From assembly GCA_963771175.1 (NCBI GenBank), contig CAVYSY010000052.1:160001-224000 (forward strand): a stretch of 64,000 nt of DNA. Reading direction: 5' to 3'. Of the stretch, positions 1-10,794 are shown piece after piece. Every line of letters begins with the position of its first letter. The first letter of the stretch is position 1. The stretch is from an uncultured delta proteobacterium (GTDB lineage: Bacteria; Myxococcota; Myxococcia; Myxococcales; Myxococcaceae). The notes below the pieces were generated by a model that worked only from the letters and a program-made list of their open reading frames with translations, was not told where the DNA came from and ran no database searches. Made by a program: the position numbers and the translations under genes.

Positions 1-303
1 CAGTTCCACCGAGACGTCGGTCTCCACGACTCCGGGCAGCGCCGTGTCGCTCCCCATCTGCAGCACGAGCACCAGCTCGCCCGCGGCGAAGGCCGACACG
101 TCCGTCACGCGCAGCTCGCTGGCTCCCGCGAGCGCCTCGGCGGTGAGCGGCGTGGAGTCGTTGATGACGGTGCCCGTGGTCCGCACCTGCAGCGAGCCAT
201 GCTGGCCATTGCCCAGGCCGAACACGTCCACCTCGGCGCGCACCGCCACCGGTGCCAGCGCGAGCACCACGGCCAACAGCCCCAGCAGGGGGCGTGACGA
301 CAT
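1..303 (-). CDS. AgmC-like (adventurous gliding motility) secreted protein, N-terminal part; runs off the window
   Basis: Own translation from ATG 303: MSSRPLLGLLAVVLALAPVAVRAEVDVFGLGNGQHGSLQVRTTGTVIND...SAFAAGELVLVLQM. Signal peptide plus the 'D.FGLG.G..G.L.V....TVIN' and 'F.AG.LV.VLQ' pattern of AgmC-type N-termini. Absent from the ORF track. Confidence 0.65.
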   Translation of the reverse strand, partial: MSSRPLLGLLAVVLALAPVAVRAEVDVFGLGNGQHGSLQVRTTGTVINDSTPLTAEALAGASELRVTDVSAFAAGELVLVLQMGSDTALPGVVETDVSVEL

Positions 304-426
304 GTCCGGAACGAAGTGACGCAACGCGATGGGAGACACGGTCCCCTCCGGAGTCCAGTGCTCGTCATATGAGAGGCCCGGGGAGAACCGCAACTCAGGG
401 ACACTCAGCATTGTCGTGGGAGCCAC

Positions 427-1194
427 TCAGAACCGTCCCTGCGCGAGCGAGAACACGGGCACCACGCGGCCGGGGCGCGAGACATCCGAGGCGAGCACGG
501 GGAGCGGAGCACCCATGGAGACGCGCGCGCCGTCGACGTTGAGGAGCGCGGTGGAGGGAGCCCTCGCGGAGAAGCGCCGGTCCTCCTTGGTGAGGTTGAC
601 GACGACGGTCTGCGCCAGGGCGACGAGGAGCCAACTGCCGACGTGGGTGGGCCAGAGGACGAGCTCGAGCCCGCCGTAGCGCATGGGCTGGGCGTACTGG
701 ATGGCCCAGTAGGCGGCGTAGGTGGCGACGCCCGAGAGCCAGGTCCACATGAAGCTGTGGGAGTACCTCAGCTCGGTGCTGGCGATGAGCCAGATGGGGA
801 TGGTGCTGAGGAGCGGGAGGATGGCGCCGTTGACGAGGATCATCGCGTGGGTGCCCGCGCCCAGGACGGTATTCGTGCCCGCGCCCCCGGTGAAGGCATC
901 GGTGAGGACGGCGGCCCCGAAGAGGGAGACGACCTCGACGGCCCACATGCCGCTGCCGATGAGGAGCTGCGTGCCGAAGCCGCTGAAGAACTCACCGAAG
1001 GCGCGCATGACGGAAAAGGGCGAGGAGCGCGCGGGCCTGCCGGGCAGGTGCTCGTGAGAGAGGAGCCCGTAACTCGTGGGCGCGGCGACGCTCGGCGCGA
1101 GCAGGCTGAACGAGGACGGCTCGTGCATGTCGAGCCGGGGAGCATCCGCCGGGGAGAACTGCAGGACACTGATGACGAGCAGGGTGGTGAGCAT
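427..1194 (-). CDS. Hypothetical membrane protein
   Basis: ORF 427..1239 with likely start ATG 1194 ([13 protein letters not shown]); several hydrophobic helices. Confidence 0.6.
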   Translation of the reverse strand: MLTTLLVISVLQFSPADAPRLDMHEPSSFSLLAPSVAAPTSYGLLSHEHLPGRPARSSPFSVMRAFGEFFSGFGTQLLIGSGMWAVEVVSLFGAAVLTDAFTGGAGTNTVLGAGTHAMILVNGAILPLLSTIPIWLIASTELRYSHSFMWTWLSGVATYAAYWAIQYAQPMRYGGLELVLWPTHVGSWLLVALAQTVVVNLTKEDRRFSARAPSTALLNVDGARVSMGAPLPVLASDVSRPGRVVPVFSLAQGRF

Positions 1195-1260
1195 GCGTGC
1201 TCCGGGATGAAGGCGCCGGAAGGGCGCATTCCGAATCATGCCCCACCACGGCCCCTCGGC

Positions 1261-2276
1261 TCACCGCCTCCGCCCGCTCGCCGTGTCGAACCGGTGCAAC
1301 CTCCGTGGGTCGTAGCGCAGCCACACCGTGTCTCCCGTGCGGCCCTTGAAGTCCGCGGGGGCCCTCGCGATGAGGTGCTCGCCGCCCACGTCCACCGTCA
1401 CCCAGCTCTCCGCGCCCATCAACTCCACCAGGTACACCCGGCCGCTCTGTGTGCCCTCGGGCGCCGCGCCCGTGCCCACCTCCAGGTGCTCCGGCCGCAG
1501 CCCCAGCGTCACCCCCTCCTCCCGGCAGCCCCAGCGTCTCCGGCTTCACCAGGTTGATGCGCGGCGAGCCGAAGAACGCCGCCACGAACAGGTTCGCCGG
1601 TGCGTCGTACAGCTCGCGCGGCGGCGCCACCTGCTGCACCTCCCCCTGGTTCATCACCACCACCCGGTCCGACAGCGTCATCGCCTCGGCCTGGTCGTGC
1701 GTGACGTAGATGAACGTCGCCGCCAGCCGCTCGTGCAGCTTCTTGATCTCCCCCCGCATCTGCGTGCGCAGCGCCGCGTCCAGGTTCGACAGCGGCTCGT
1801 CGAACAGGAACACCTTCGGCCTGCGCACCAGCGCCCGCCCGAGCGCCACGCGCTGCCGCTGCCCTCCGGACAGCTCCTTCGGCCGGCGCGCCAGCAGCTT
1901 CTCCAACCCGAGCAGCGCCGCCGTCTCGTTCACCCGCTGCGTCGATGCTCCCCTTGTCCAGGCCCGACACCTTCAGCGGGAAGGCCAGGTTCCCCCTCAC
2001 GTCCATGTGCGGGTACAGCGCGTAGCTCTGGAACACCATGGCGATGTCCCGCTCGCGCGGCGACATGTCGTTCACCACCACGCCGTCGATGCGCAGCTCC
2101 CCGCCCGACATCTCCTCCAGCCCGGCGATGAGGTTCAGCGTCGTCGACTTGCCACACCCCGAGGGCCCCACCAACGAGACGAACTCGCCGTCGGCGATCT
2201 CCAGCGTCACATCCTTCGCCGCGACCACGCCGCCCTTGTACTCCTTGCGAACACGTTCCAGAGAGACCGTTGCCAC
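1261..2276 (-). CDS. Sugar ABC transporter ATP-binding subunit (MalK/UgpC family), split by two frameshifts (about 1935 and 1515)
   Basis: [34 protein letters not shown] and [12 protein letters not shown] spread over three frames; GTG 2276 with an AGGAGG RBS. Confidence 0.9.
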
Positions 2277-2379
2277 GCCGAGCCTCCTTCGGAGTCCACC
2301 CGGCAGACTACCGACGGGGCGGCGCGGCACGGCCCTCCACCTCGGAGAGGTGTCCGGTACGAGACCGGCGCCCGGCTCC

Positions 2380-2398
2380 TGTCGCTCCCAGTGCAACC
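2380..2398. promoter_or_regulatory. Putative enhancer-binding-protein site TGTCGC-N7-GCAACC
   Basis: Same spaced palindrome as the two sites at 6273-6326; lies upstream of kinase 2476. Confidence 0.35.
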
Positions 2399-2475
2399 CG
2401 GGACACTCCCCGAGAGAGAGGCACCCCGGAGGCCGCATCTGCTAACCTCTCGGCAACGGCGAGCCGCCGTCTCCC

Positions 2476-5400
2476 ATGCGCTGTCCGGTCTGCCACCGCC
2501 GCCTCTCCCCCGGTGCCGCCTGTCCCCAGCATGCGGCGCGGCCCCGGCCCACCCCGGAACCCGAGCCCCTCCCGCTGCCCCAGGTGCCCGGGCTCCAGCT
2601 CCGCGCGTGGATTGGCTCCGGTGGCTTCTCCCGGGTGTTCTCCGCCCGGCGCGAGGAGGACGGGCGCGAGGTGGCCCTGAAGGTGGCGCTCGGCCCCTTC
2701 GCCGCGCGCTTCTCCCGCGAGGCCTCGGCGCTGCGCCGCGTGGGCCCTCCCACCGTGCCCGAGCTCTTCCACGAGGGCTCCGCCGACGGACGCCCCTACC
2801 TCGTCCTCGAGCGCCTGCGGGGCCAGACGCTCGCCGCCTGGATGGACGCGCTCCCCGGCTCGGGCGCCGCGCCCCTCTCGCACGTGAGGGACCTGCTCGC
2901 CGGACTGTGTGGCGCCCTGGAGCGCGTGCATGGCGCCGGGCTCGTCCACCGCGACCTCAAGCCGGAGAACGTCTTCCTGCGCGAGGGGGGCGCGCTCAGC
3001 CTCCTGGACTTCGGCCTCGCGCGCTTCCTCGACGGCTCCGGCTCCGAGGAGCCCGAGGAGTCCGTCAGCCTCACCCGCACCGGCCAGCGGCTCGGCACCG
3101 TCCTCTATATGGCGCCCGAGCAGTGCCTGGAGGCCCGCGACGTGGATGCGCGGGCGGACCTCTACGCGCTCGGCGTCCTCCTCTTCGAGCTGCTCACCGG
3201 CGCCCCTCCCTTCACCGGCGGGCCGGACGAGGTGCTGCACGGCCACGTCAGCCTCCGGCCGCCTCGCGTCTCCGAGCGCGCCCCCGTCCCGCCGGCCCTC
3301 GACGACGTCCTCCTGCGCTGCCTCGCCAAGGAGCGCACGGAGCGCTTCGGCACCGCCGCCGAGCTGCCTCGCCGCCTTCGACGCCGCCTGCCGCACCGCC
3401 CCTCCGCGCCCACCGCGGCGGAGGACGTGCTCGCGCCCGCGAGGCCCCAGGGCGTGCGCCCGGTGGCCCTCCTCGGCGTGCGCAGCGAGGCGCCCGTGGA
3501 CCAGCTCGTCGCGACGCTGGCTCCCGAGGGCGGGCTGCTCGCGCGCGTCCACGCGGGCCGCTACCTCGTCGCCTTCCCCGAGCACCCCTCGGCCGAGGCG
3601 GGGCTCCGCGCCGCCACCCGCGCCGCCCGGCACCTCCTCGACGCGCCCGGCACCACCGCCGTCCTCCACCTCGCGGAGCTGCACGTGCGCCCCGGCGCCA
3701 CCTTCACGCGCCTCGCGGGCACGGCCCTGGAGCAGCCGGAGTCCTGGTGGCCCGACGCGGGCCAGGGTGGAGCCGCCTCCCTCGTGGCCACTCCCGAGGC
3801 CGCCGCCCGGCTCGGGGAAGGCGCGACGACGCCGGGCCCGGAGAGCACCCTGCTGCTCACCGGAGACTCCTCCATCACCCGGGCCCCGGGAGCCACCGAG
3901 CCCCCGCCCCTCCTGGGCCGCGACGCGCTGCTCGACACGCTCCTGGCGGATGCGGCCCGCTCCTTCATCGGCCCCGGCCCCGGCTTCTCCGTCCTCACGG
4001 GCGAGGCGGGCCACGGGAAGACGCGCCTGCTCGACGCGCTCGCCACACGCCTGGAGGCGGAGGGCCGGGCCCGCGTGGTGCGCCTCGCCGCGCCCCACCC
4101 CGACGCGTCCGCGGCGGATGCCCTGCTCCATGCGCTGTGGGCGCTCGGCCATCCGGACGAGCCCACTCCTCCCGCACTGCCCTCCCGGGCCCGGCGCCAT
4201 ACCCTCGCCCGCGCCGTGGCCGAGGCCCTGCGCCACCTCGCCACCCAGCGGCCCCTGGCCCTCCTGCTGGACGACGCGCACCAGGCGGACCCCACCTCGC
4301 TGGACGCGCTGGAGATGGCCACGCTCACCGCGCTGGACGTGCCCCTGTGGGTGTGCGCCGCCGGACGCCCCGAGCTGCTCGGCCCGCGGCCACTCCTCGG
4401 CGAGCGGGCCGGCTACCTCGCACGCCACGTGCTGCCACCACTCGCGCCCGAGGCCAGCCGCGCGCTGCTGCTGCACCTGCTTCGCCCCGCCGAGTTCATC
4501 CCCGAGCCGGTGCTGGCCCGCCTGGAGCAACTGGCGCAGGGCGTGCCGCTGTCGCTGGTGGAGGTGGCCGAGGCGCTGCGGGTCTCGGGAGCCCTGCGCG
4601 AGGCCCCCGGGGGCGAGTGGTACGTGGCGGCGGACGAGCTGCTGCACGTCTCGGTGACGCCCCTCTTCGAGCGACTCGCCACGCGGGCCCTCTCCTTATT
4701 ACCCGCGGCGCACCAGGGCCTCGCGCAGCTGTGCGCGGTGCTGGGCCAGGAGCTGACGGTGGCGCAGGTGGACGCGGCGCAGCGGCACCTGGACGCGCGG
4801 GAGGACACGGCGCGAGTGGCCGGCCTGGACGCGGGAGCGGGGCTCACGAGGCTGGAGCGCGCGGGGCTGCTGCGGACGGTGGCCCCGGGCCGCTTCGCCT
4901 TCCGCCAGCCCCAACTGCGCGAGGCCCTCGAGCGCGCCCTGCCCGCCCCGTGGCGACGCGCGCTGCACGCGGCGGCCCTGCGGGGCCTGTCGGGACAGGG
5001 GGCCTCGGAGCAGCGCCGGCGCGCCCGCCATGCCGCGGCCTGCGGCGCGCACGAGGAGTCCTTCGCCGCGTGGTTCTCCCTGGGCGAGGCCGCGCGCCAG
5101 GCCCACCGCTACGTGGAGGCCGAGCAGGACTACACCCACGCCCTGGCGCAGCTCCCCGAGGGGGACACGGCGCGGCGCGCGCGGGTGCTGGCGGGACGGG
5201 GCCGGGTGCGCTACCGCACGCACCGCTTCCGCGAGGCGCTGGCGGACCTGAGCGCGGCGCGCGCGCTGGCTGGGGCGCAGGGGGACACCTCGCTGGAGGT
5301 GGACATGCTGCTGGAGGAGGCCACCGTCCTGGACTGGCTGGAGGACCCCCAGACGACGACGGCGCGCACGGCCGAGGCCCTGGAGAAGGCCGAGCACCTC

Positions 5401-6312
5401 GACGACCCACGCCTGTCCGTGCGCTGCTCGCTGGCCCGCGCGAGACAGGCCTGGAGGGAGGGAGACTGGCCACGCGCCACGCGGCTGCTGACCGCCACGG
5501 AGGAGTCCGCCCTGCTCGCGCGGGACGCGGAGACGCGCTGCATCGCGCTGATGATGATGGCCACGGGGCTGGCGCTGCAGGAGCAGGAGGAAGCGGCGGC
5601 CCGGGCCTTCGACGAGGCGCTGGCGCTGTGCCGCAAGGAGGGGGACACGCTGCACGAGGCCGCGACGCTCATCAACCGGCCCTTCCTCTGGATGCTGAGG
5701 GGGAACGTGGAGGCGGCGCTGGAGGACCTGCGGCGCGCCTCGGCGCTGGCGCGCGAGCTGGGCCACCCGCAGATCGAGCGCTGGGCCACGGGCAACCTCG
5801 CCGAGTTCCTCCATTGGGCGGGACGCACCGAGGAGGCGTACCGGCTGGCCCGGCGCGCGCGCGAGCTGGGCGAGCGCTTCTTCGCCGAGCACCCGGTGGC
5901 GGTGGACGCGGTGCTGCTGGCGCGGGTGAGCGCGGCGCGAGGAGAGCTGGAGGAGGCCCGGAAGCTGCTGGCCTGGCTCTCCGCCCGCTGCCGGCGCGAG
6001 CTCACCCCGCCCAACACCCTGGCGCTATGGAGGCTGGTGGAGCTGCGGGTGCGCGAGGCGGACACGGGCACCCGGGACGCCGAGGCCTGGAAGACGCTCG
6101 CCGCCGAGGCCCAGCCGAACACCTCGGGGGACGAGCTGACGGAGGTGCTGTACGAGGCCACCCTCTCCGCCCTCCGGGCCGGGAACCCGGACGAGGCCCG
6201 GGAGTGGCTCACCCGGGCCCAGGGCACGGCGGCGGCCTCCCCCCTGTGGCGCTCACGCCTGGAGGCATTCCGCGTTGCCTCGAAAACAACACCCACGGCG
6301 GGAGACCTGTAG
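2476..6312 (+). CDS. Ser/Thr kinase - AAA/STAND ATPase - TPR-like protein with an N-terminal Cys/His knuckle
   Basis: MRCPVCH..CPQH; GSGGFSRV, VALK, HRDLKPEN, DFG; Walker A GEAGHGKT, Walker B LLLDDAH; helical repeat C-terminus. Confidence 0.9.
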   Translation: MRCPVCHRRLSPGAACPQHAARPRPTPEPEPLPLPQVPGLQLRAWIGSGGFSRVFSARREEDGREVALKVALGPFAARFSREASALRRVGPPTVPELFHEGSADGRPYLVLERLRGQTLAAWMDALPGSGAAPLSHVRDLLAGLCGALERVHGAGLVHRDLKPENVFLREGGALSLLDFGLARFLDGSGSEEPEESVSLTRTGQRLGTVLYMAPEQCLEARDVDARADLYALGVLLFELLTGAPPFTGGPDEVLHGHVSLRPPRVSERAPVPPALDDVLLRCLAKERTERFGTAAELPRRLRRRLPHRPSAPTAAEDVLAPARPQGVRPVALLGVRSEAPVDQLVATLAPEGGLLARVHAGRYLVAFPEHPSAEAGLRAATRAARHLLDAPGTTAVLHLAELHVRPGATFTRLAGTALEQPESWWPDAGQGGAASLVATPEAAARLGEGATTPGPESTLLLTGDSSITRAPGATEPPPLLGRDALLDTLLADAARSFIGPGPGFSVLTGEAGHGKTRLLDALATRLEAEGRARVVRLAAPHPDASAADALLHALWALGHPDEPTPPALPSRARRHTLARAVAEALRHLATQRPLALLLDDAHQADPTSLDALEMATLTALDVPLWVCAAGRPELLGPRPLLGERAGYLARHVLPPLAPEASRALLLHLLRPAEFIPEPVLARLEQLAQGVPLSLVEVAEALRVSGALREAPGGEWYVAADELLHVSVTPLFERLATRALSLLPAAHQGLAQLCAVLGQELTVAQVDAAQRHLDAREDTARVAGLDAGAGLTRLERAGLLRTVAPGRFAFRQPQLREALERALPAPWRRALHAAALRGLSGQGASEQRRRARHAAACGAHEESFAAWFSLGEAARQAHRYVEAEQDYTHALAQLPEGDTARRARVLAGRGRVRYRTHRFREALADLSAARALAGAQGDTSLEVDMLLEEATVLDWLEDPQTTTARTAEALEKAEHLDDPRLSVRCSLARARQAWREGDWPRATRLLTATEESALLARDAETRCIALMMMATGLALQEQEEAAARAFDEALALCRKEGDTLHEAATLINRPFLWMLRGNVEAALEDLRRASALARELGHPQIERWATGNLAEFLHWAGRTEEAYRLARRARELGERFFAEHPVAVDAVLLARVSAARGELEEARKLLAWLSARCRRELTPPNTLALWRLVELRVREADTGTRDAEAWKTLAAEAQPNTSGDELTEVLYEATLSALRAGNPDEAREWLTRAQGTAAASPLWRSRLEAFRVASKTTPTAGDL

Positions 6313-6326
6313 CCCCCGGAGCAACA
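6273..6326. promoter_or_regulatory. Tandem upstream activator sites CGTTGC-N7-ACAACA (6273-6291) and TGTAGC-N7-GCAACA (6308-6326)
   Basis: Two imperfect TGTTGC-N7-GCAACA palindromes 35 bp apart, 50-100 bp upstream of a sigma54-type promoter. Confidence 0.55.
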
Positions 6327-6376
6327 GGGCCTCCACCCCTCCCCCTCCTCCCGAGGGAGAAGGCCCGCGGCGCCCC

Positions 6377-6392
6377 TGGCCCACCCCATGCA
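6377..6392 (+). promoter_or_regulatory. sigma54 (-24/-12) promoter TGGCCCACCCCATGCA
   Basis: GG(6378-79)-N10-GC(6390-91) with TGGC and TGCA context, directly ahead of the lipoprotein gene. Confidence 0.55.
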
Positions 6393-6405
6393 ACGGCCCC
6401 AGAGC

Positions 6406-7897
6406 ATGAAATCCATGCCATTCCGGATGCTCCCTCCTTCCAAGCGCTCCCCGTTGCACTCCCTCTTCCTGGGCGTGTCGCTGCTGCTCGGCTCCGTGGG
6501 CTGCCAGTCCGCGGCCCTGTCCGAGGACGAGGCGACAGGCACGGCGGGACAGGAGATGCGCGTGGCCAACTCGCTCACCACGCTGGCGCTCGCCTACAAC
6601 GCCATCTCCACCAACCCCACGGCGAACAACCTGGTGGCGAACAACGGGCTGGCGGGGCTCTTCGATTCCGGCGCACGGCAACGGATATGTGCAGTGGCAG
6701 CTCCGGGACGTGGATGCGCAGCACTTCATGGCGTACCTGGTGGGCTGCGCGCTGGACGAGACGCAGCGCATCACCTGGAAGGACCCGCTCACCAACAACA
6801 TGGAGGAGTGGCAGGGCAAGGCGGGCCTGTGCCCCCAGTGGGAGCTGGGGCCCCCGACGGAGGCGTGCAGGCGCCGGGTGTCGGCCTGTATCCTGGCGCG
6901 CAACAACGCCTACGGCCGGCGGGTGGAGCTGTCGCTGCGCGGCGAGGACCCGAGCGACGCCACGCGCTTCGCGCTGGAGAAGAAGACAGCGGCGGTGGAC
7001 TACGACCCGGACCTGGAGCAGTACGTCCCGAGCTTCCAGACCTGTGACGTGCCCCAGAGCGGGGTGCACCGCGACTGTGGCTGGGAGGTGGGCCTCATCG
7101 GCCGGTGCGCGCCGGGCGAGACGGTGCGGCTGGGAATGGGAGGCCAGGCGCCGGACCAGTGCTCCACGGGCGCGACGTTGGGCAGCGAGGGGACGGGCCA
7201 CGGGGTGCTGCGCGTGTGCGAGGGCATCATCGGCTGCGACGAGGGCGACCAGCGCCAGCTCGCCCAGAGCGAGGGCTCGTGCGGCACGACGCTGCCGGCG
7301 GTGACGTTCATCTGCCCGGCCGCGGGGGACTTCAACGTGATGACGGCGCCGTATGACAGCGAGCAGAGCTACTCGGGCGGCGTGGAAGTGGAGCTGGGCA
7401 CGCCGGCGGACACGGCCTACGAGCTCTCCGAGAGCGACGTCTTCCACTACCGGGAGGGCGCCTTCTACGGGACGCTCTTCGACTCCTCGGCGCTGGCGGC
7501 CAACGTGTACGTGAACAAGCTCGGCGGAGTGGAGGGCAAGACGCAGCTCGTCACCGGCTCGGTGTACCGGAAGATGTTCTCCTGCTACGCGCCGGAGTGG
7601 ATGCACGGGGTGGCGTACGCCACGCACCGCGTGTGCGCGCTGCCCAACTCGGGCGCGAACTGCGCGGCCACGGTGACGGGGGCGTGCACCAACCCGAGGG
7701 AGCAGGGCTTCCCCGGCTCGGTGTGCCGCGTGGAGGACGGGTCGCTCGTCAGCGGGGATGGGGACTTCGAGCAGTGCATGGACCCGAGCAAGGAGGAGTG
7801 GCTGGAGCCCGTCACCGTCTACCTGCACACCCCCTGCGACCTGGTGCCGGATCCGACGATTTCCGACCTCTGTGTCCGGAAGTCCTCGTGGAGGTAA
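6406..7897 (+). CDS. Cys-rich myxobacterial lipoprotein, one frameshift near 6670; exact start uncertain
   Basis: ORFs 6388..7047 (lipobox LGSVGC) and 6689..7897 join by removing one G (FDSAHGNGYVQWQLRD); motifs YLVGCAL, VSACILARNN, REGAFYG. Confidence 0.7.
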
Positions 7898-7915
7898 CCT
7901 CTCGGACCCGAGCCC

Positions 7916-9325
7916 ATGACGAACCGGAAGGAGGACGCCCCCTGGTCGCTGTACGGTGAGGAGCTGTCGCCAGGGGCGCAGGTGGGCGGCTACCTCATCG
8001 AGAGCACGCGCTACCGGGGAAGCGTCTCGACGCTCTACCGCGCGAGGGAGACGCGCACGGGGGCTCCGGTGGCGCTGAAGGTGATGAGGCCCCAGTTCGC
8101 CACCGCGCGAGGGGCCCTGCGCCGCTTCCAGCAGGAGGCGGAGACGCTCCAGCGGTTGCGGCACCCGCACATCGTGGACGTGCTGGAGCACGGGGCGCTG
8201 CCGGATGGCCGGCCCTTCATCGCCATGGAGTGGCTGGAGGGGAGGGACCTGGCGGCGGAGCTGGCGGCGCGAGGCTCCTTCTCCGCGCCCGAGGCGCTGG
8301 AGTTGCTGGAGCAGGTGGGCTCGGCGCTGCGGGCGGCGCACGGTGCGGGGGTGGTGCACCGGGACTTGAAGGCGCAGAACGTGATGGTGCTGCCGGGGGG
8401 GACGGGGCCCCTGGTGAAGCTGGTGGACTTCGGGGTGGCGAAGCTGCTGGCGCCGGAGGAGCCGGGCACGGCGTTGACGAGCACGGGGCTGGTGCTGGGC
8501 ACGCCGCTGTCCATGGCGCCGGAGCAGATTCGAGGGGAGACGCCGGACGCGAGGACGGACCTCTACGGACTGGGGGTGCTGCTGTACCAGCTCGTCACGG
8601 GGCAGCCGCCCTTCCAGGGAACGACGCAGGTGGAGCTGGAGGAGCAACACCTGCACGCGCCGGCGCCGAGGGCGAGCGAGCGGGCCCCGGTGCCGGCGGC
8701 GCTGGACGCGGTGGTGGGGCGCTGCCTGGAGAAGCGGCGGGAGGACCGCTACCCGAGCGTGGACGCGGCACTGGAGGACCTGCGGCGCGCGGTGAGGGGA
8801 GAGCGACAGGGCCGAGCGAGCCAGGTGCGGGCACTGGGGTTGTACGTGGAGGCGAGGATGGAGGGGGTGGAGGGGCGGGTGGACGAGGCCACGCTGGACG
8901 CGGTGGACGCGCTGCTGGAGCGCGCGCGCGCACGGGTGGACGCGCTGGGGCTGCGGGTGATGGTGGAAGGGAGCAACTTCCTGCTGGGAGTCACGGCACT
9001 GCCGGACGAGGCGGATGCCGAGCGAGAAGCGCGCAAGCGGATGCTGGAGCTGGCACTCGCGCTGGCGGAGGAGCGAGAGGGAGCGCGGGTGTCACTGGTG
9101 CCCACGCTGCATGTGGACACGGCGACGCTGCGCCCGGACGCGAGCGGCAGACCGGGCCTGGGGGGAGGCCGGCTGCTGCGGTTGTCTGCCTGGACGGGGG
9201 GACACCCGGGCCGGGGCGTGGTGGTGACGGAGGCGGCGCTCACGGGGCTGGAGGACACCTTCGCCTCGGAAGAGCTCCCCGGCCCCGGGAGCCTGCGCCA
9301 CGTCTCGCGGGGGACGCCGTCGTAG
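7916..9325 (+). CDS. Ser/Thr protein kinase
   Basis: VALK, HRDLKAQN, DFG, GTPLSMAPE; atypical glycine loop (YRGSVS). Confidence 0.9.
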   Translation: MTNRKEDAPWSLYGEELSPGAQVGGYLIESTRYRGSVSTLYRARETRTGAPVALKVMRPQFATARGALRRFQQEAETLQRLRHPHIVDVLEHGALPDGRPFIAMEWLEGRDLAAELAARGSFSAPEALELLEQVGSALRAAHGAGVVHRDLKAQNVMVLPGGTGPLVKLVDFGVAKLLAPEEPGTALTSTGLVLGTPLSMAPEQIRGETPDARTDLYGLGVLLYQLVTGQPPFQGTTQVELEEQHLHAPAPRASERAPVPAALDAVVGRCLEKRREDRYPSVDAALEDLRRAVRGERQGRASQVRALGLYVEARMEGVEGRVDEATLDAVDALLERARARVDALGLRVMVEGSNFLLGVTALPDEADAEREARKRMLELALALAEEREGARVSLVPTLHVDTATLRPDASGRPGLGGGRLLRLSAWTGGHPGRGVVVTEAALTGLEDTFASEELPGPGSLRHVSRGTPS

Positions 9326-9379
9326 CGGCTCTCCAGCGATTGACCCTTCAGGACCGCCTCCCCTACCCTTCACCACTCC

Positions 9380-9826
9380 ATGCGGGAATTGGCGATCCTC
9401 TTCCTACTCTGTATTCCCTTGATGGGCTGTGCTCATGGTCCCTGCAGGACACTGGGTTCGCTCCTTGGCTGTGATTGCGTGAGCAAGCGGGAACAGCCTG
9501 AGTATCAGGATATGAGCATCCAGCTTCCCGTCTTCGACTCCGAGCTGGCCCTGGACACGGACCTGGATGGCCAGACGCTTCAGGCCATTCGAATCGCCGC
9601 GGATGACTTCCTGGACGCGGACCCGAAAGAACAGTCCTGCGCGAGCAAGCAATCCTCGCATCGATATCGGGCTGTCAGGCGGGGGAACGTCATTTTCGTG
9701 CGGATTGATTACAAGCCAGAGAACTGTGGTCAGACCGTGGGCATGCTCGACGGAGGAGCCACATATGCCGTCAGCGCGGAAGGCAAGCTCCTGCGCCGGA
9801 CTCTGGATGGGCTCGGCGATTGGTAA
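9380..9826 (+). CDS. Hypothetical lipoprotein
   Basis: Lipobox PLMGC; lower-GC codon usage than the backbone. Confidence 0.7.
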   Translation: MRELAILFLLCIPLMGCAHGPCRTLGSLLGCDCVSKREQPEYQDMSIQLPVFDSELALDTDLDGQTLQAIRIAADDFLDADPKEQSCASKQSSHRYRAVRRGNVIFVRIDYKPENCGQTVGMLDGGATYAVSAEGKLLRRTLDGLGDW

Positions 9827-9898
9827 TCCCGCCTTCCCTCTTTCCTTCTGTGAAGCGCCCCCCGAGTCAGGCACAGCGGCCCGGCCGCTCCGAGTGGG

Positions 9899-10741
9899 TT
9901 ACCGCACGGTGAGCGTGTACGAACCGCCGTTGCGACGGATCTCCGCGTTCAGGTCGTCGCGGAACTGACGCTGCGTCGCCGCATCCCCGACGATGCCGAT
10001 GCAGCCCGCGGTGCCGCGCGCGCCACCGTCCGGGTGGATGCGCAGCGCCGTGCGGTCGCGGCCCGCGCGCGCGTCGTACATCGCGTCAGAGTTGGGGCGG
10101 CGCGCGTCCTCCATGCGGAAGCTGTAGCCGACGCCGTCGCGCACGAAAGCCGCCTCGGAGCGGTTGTTGCGGTGCGCCGTCACCCGGTAGGTGCCCTGCG
10201 GCGTCGAGTAGAGGTTGGTCGAGCCGGAGTTGAAATTGTACGAGCGGCCGTTCACCGTGATGGAGCCGGTGGTCAGGCCACGGCCGTCGAGTGGGTTGTT
10301 CAGACGCGCGGTGCCGTTGGCGGCGTTGGGCGTCGTGCCAGTCGAGCCCCTGGCGCCATCGAGCGCGCCCATCGTGCGGCGGCCGGCGATGCCGTCCACC
10401 TGCAGGCCCTGCGAGCGCTGGAAATCACGCACCGCGCGCTCGGTGCGCGGGCCGAACTTGCCGTCACTGGCACCCGGGTCGAAGCCCGAGGAGCGCAGCT
10501 TGTCCTGGAGCGAGCGCACCGACTCACTGCGCATCCCGGAGCGCAGCGAGCCCGTCGCCGAGCCCGGCTGGGTGCGGCTGGCGGGCGTGAAGCTGCTGCG
10601 GGTGGAGTAGCCAGTGGCCGTGCGGGTGCTGGTGCCGGTGCGCGAGGTCGTGCCCGTGCGCGACGTGCCACCCGTGCGCGACGTGCTGCTTGAAGACCGA
10701 GAAGACGTGCCCGAGGACCGCGAAGAACCAGAAACGCTCAT
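9899..10741 (-). CDS. Peptidoglycan-binding protein with a C-terminal L,D-transpeptidase-fold (Tlde1/DUF2778-like) domain
   Basis: Ser/Thr/Arg-rich N-terminus; PG-binding motifs 'VRSLQDKL..DGKFGPRTERAVRDFQRSQGLQVDGIAG'; 'TPQGTY..RTALRIHPDGGARGTAGCIG' His/Cys motif; GGGAG RBS. Confidence 0.8.
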   Translation of the reverse strand: MSVSGSSRSSGTSSRSSSSTSRTGGTSRTGTTSRTGTSTRTATGYSTRSSFTPASRTQPGSATGSLRSGMRSESVRSLQDKLRSSGFDPGASDGKFGPRTERAVRDFQRSQGLQVDGIAGRRTMGALDGARGSTGTTPNAANGTARLNNPLDGRGLTTGSITVNGRSYNFNSGSTNLYSTPQGTYRVTAHRNNRSEAAFVRDGVGYSFRMEDARRPNSDAMYDARAGRDRTALRIHPDGGARGTAGCIGIVGDAATQRQFRDDLNAEIRRNGGSYTLTVR

Positions 10742-10794
10742 GATGAACTCCCTATCAGTGGCGCTCCGCGACCGGCGTTGGGCGGAACAATTCC

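Noticed and set aside
1500..1940. Programmed frameshifting in malK
   Set aside because: No slippery site with a stimulatory structure; the indels match the error pattern seen elsewhere.
1710..7304. 1864-aa ORF on the + strand
   Set aside because: Arg/Pro/Gly-rich off-frame shadow of the kinase gene in high-GC DNA; no domain motifs.
9380..9826. Immunity protein for the Tlde1-like enzyme
   Set aside because: Convergent orientation and different base composition; nothing in the sequence links them.
10610..10700. Short tandem repeats (GTGCGCGACGTG-like) considered as a CRISPR array
   Set aside because: They encode the (T/S)SRTG low-complexity N-terminus; no spacers and no cas genes.
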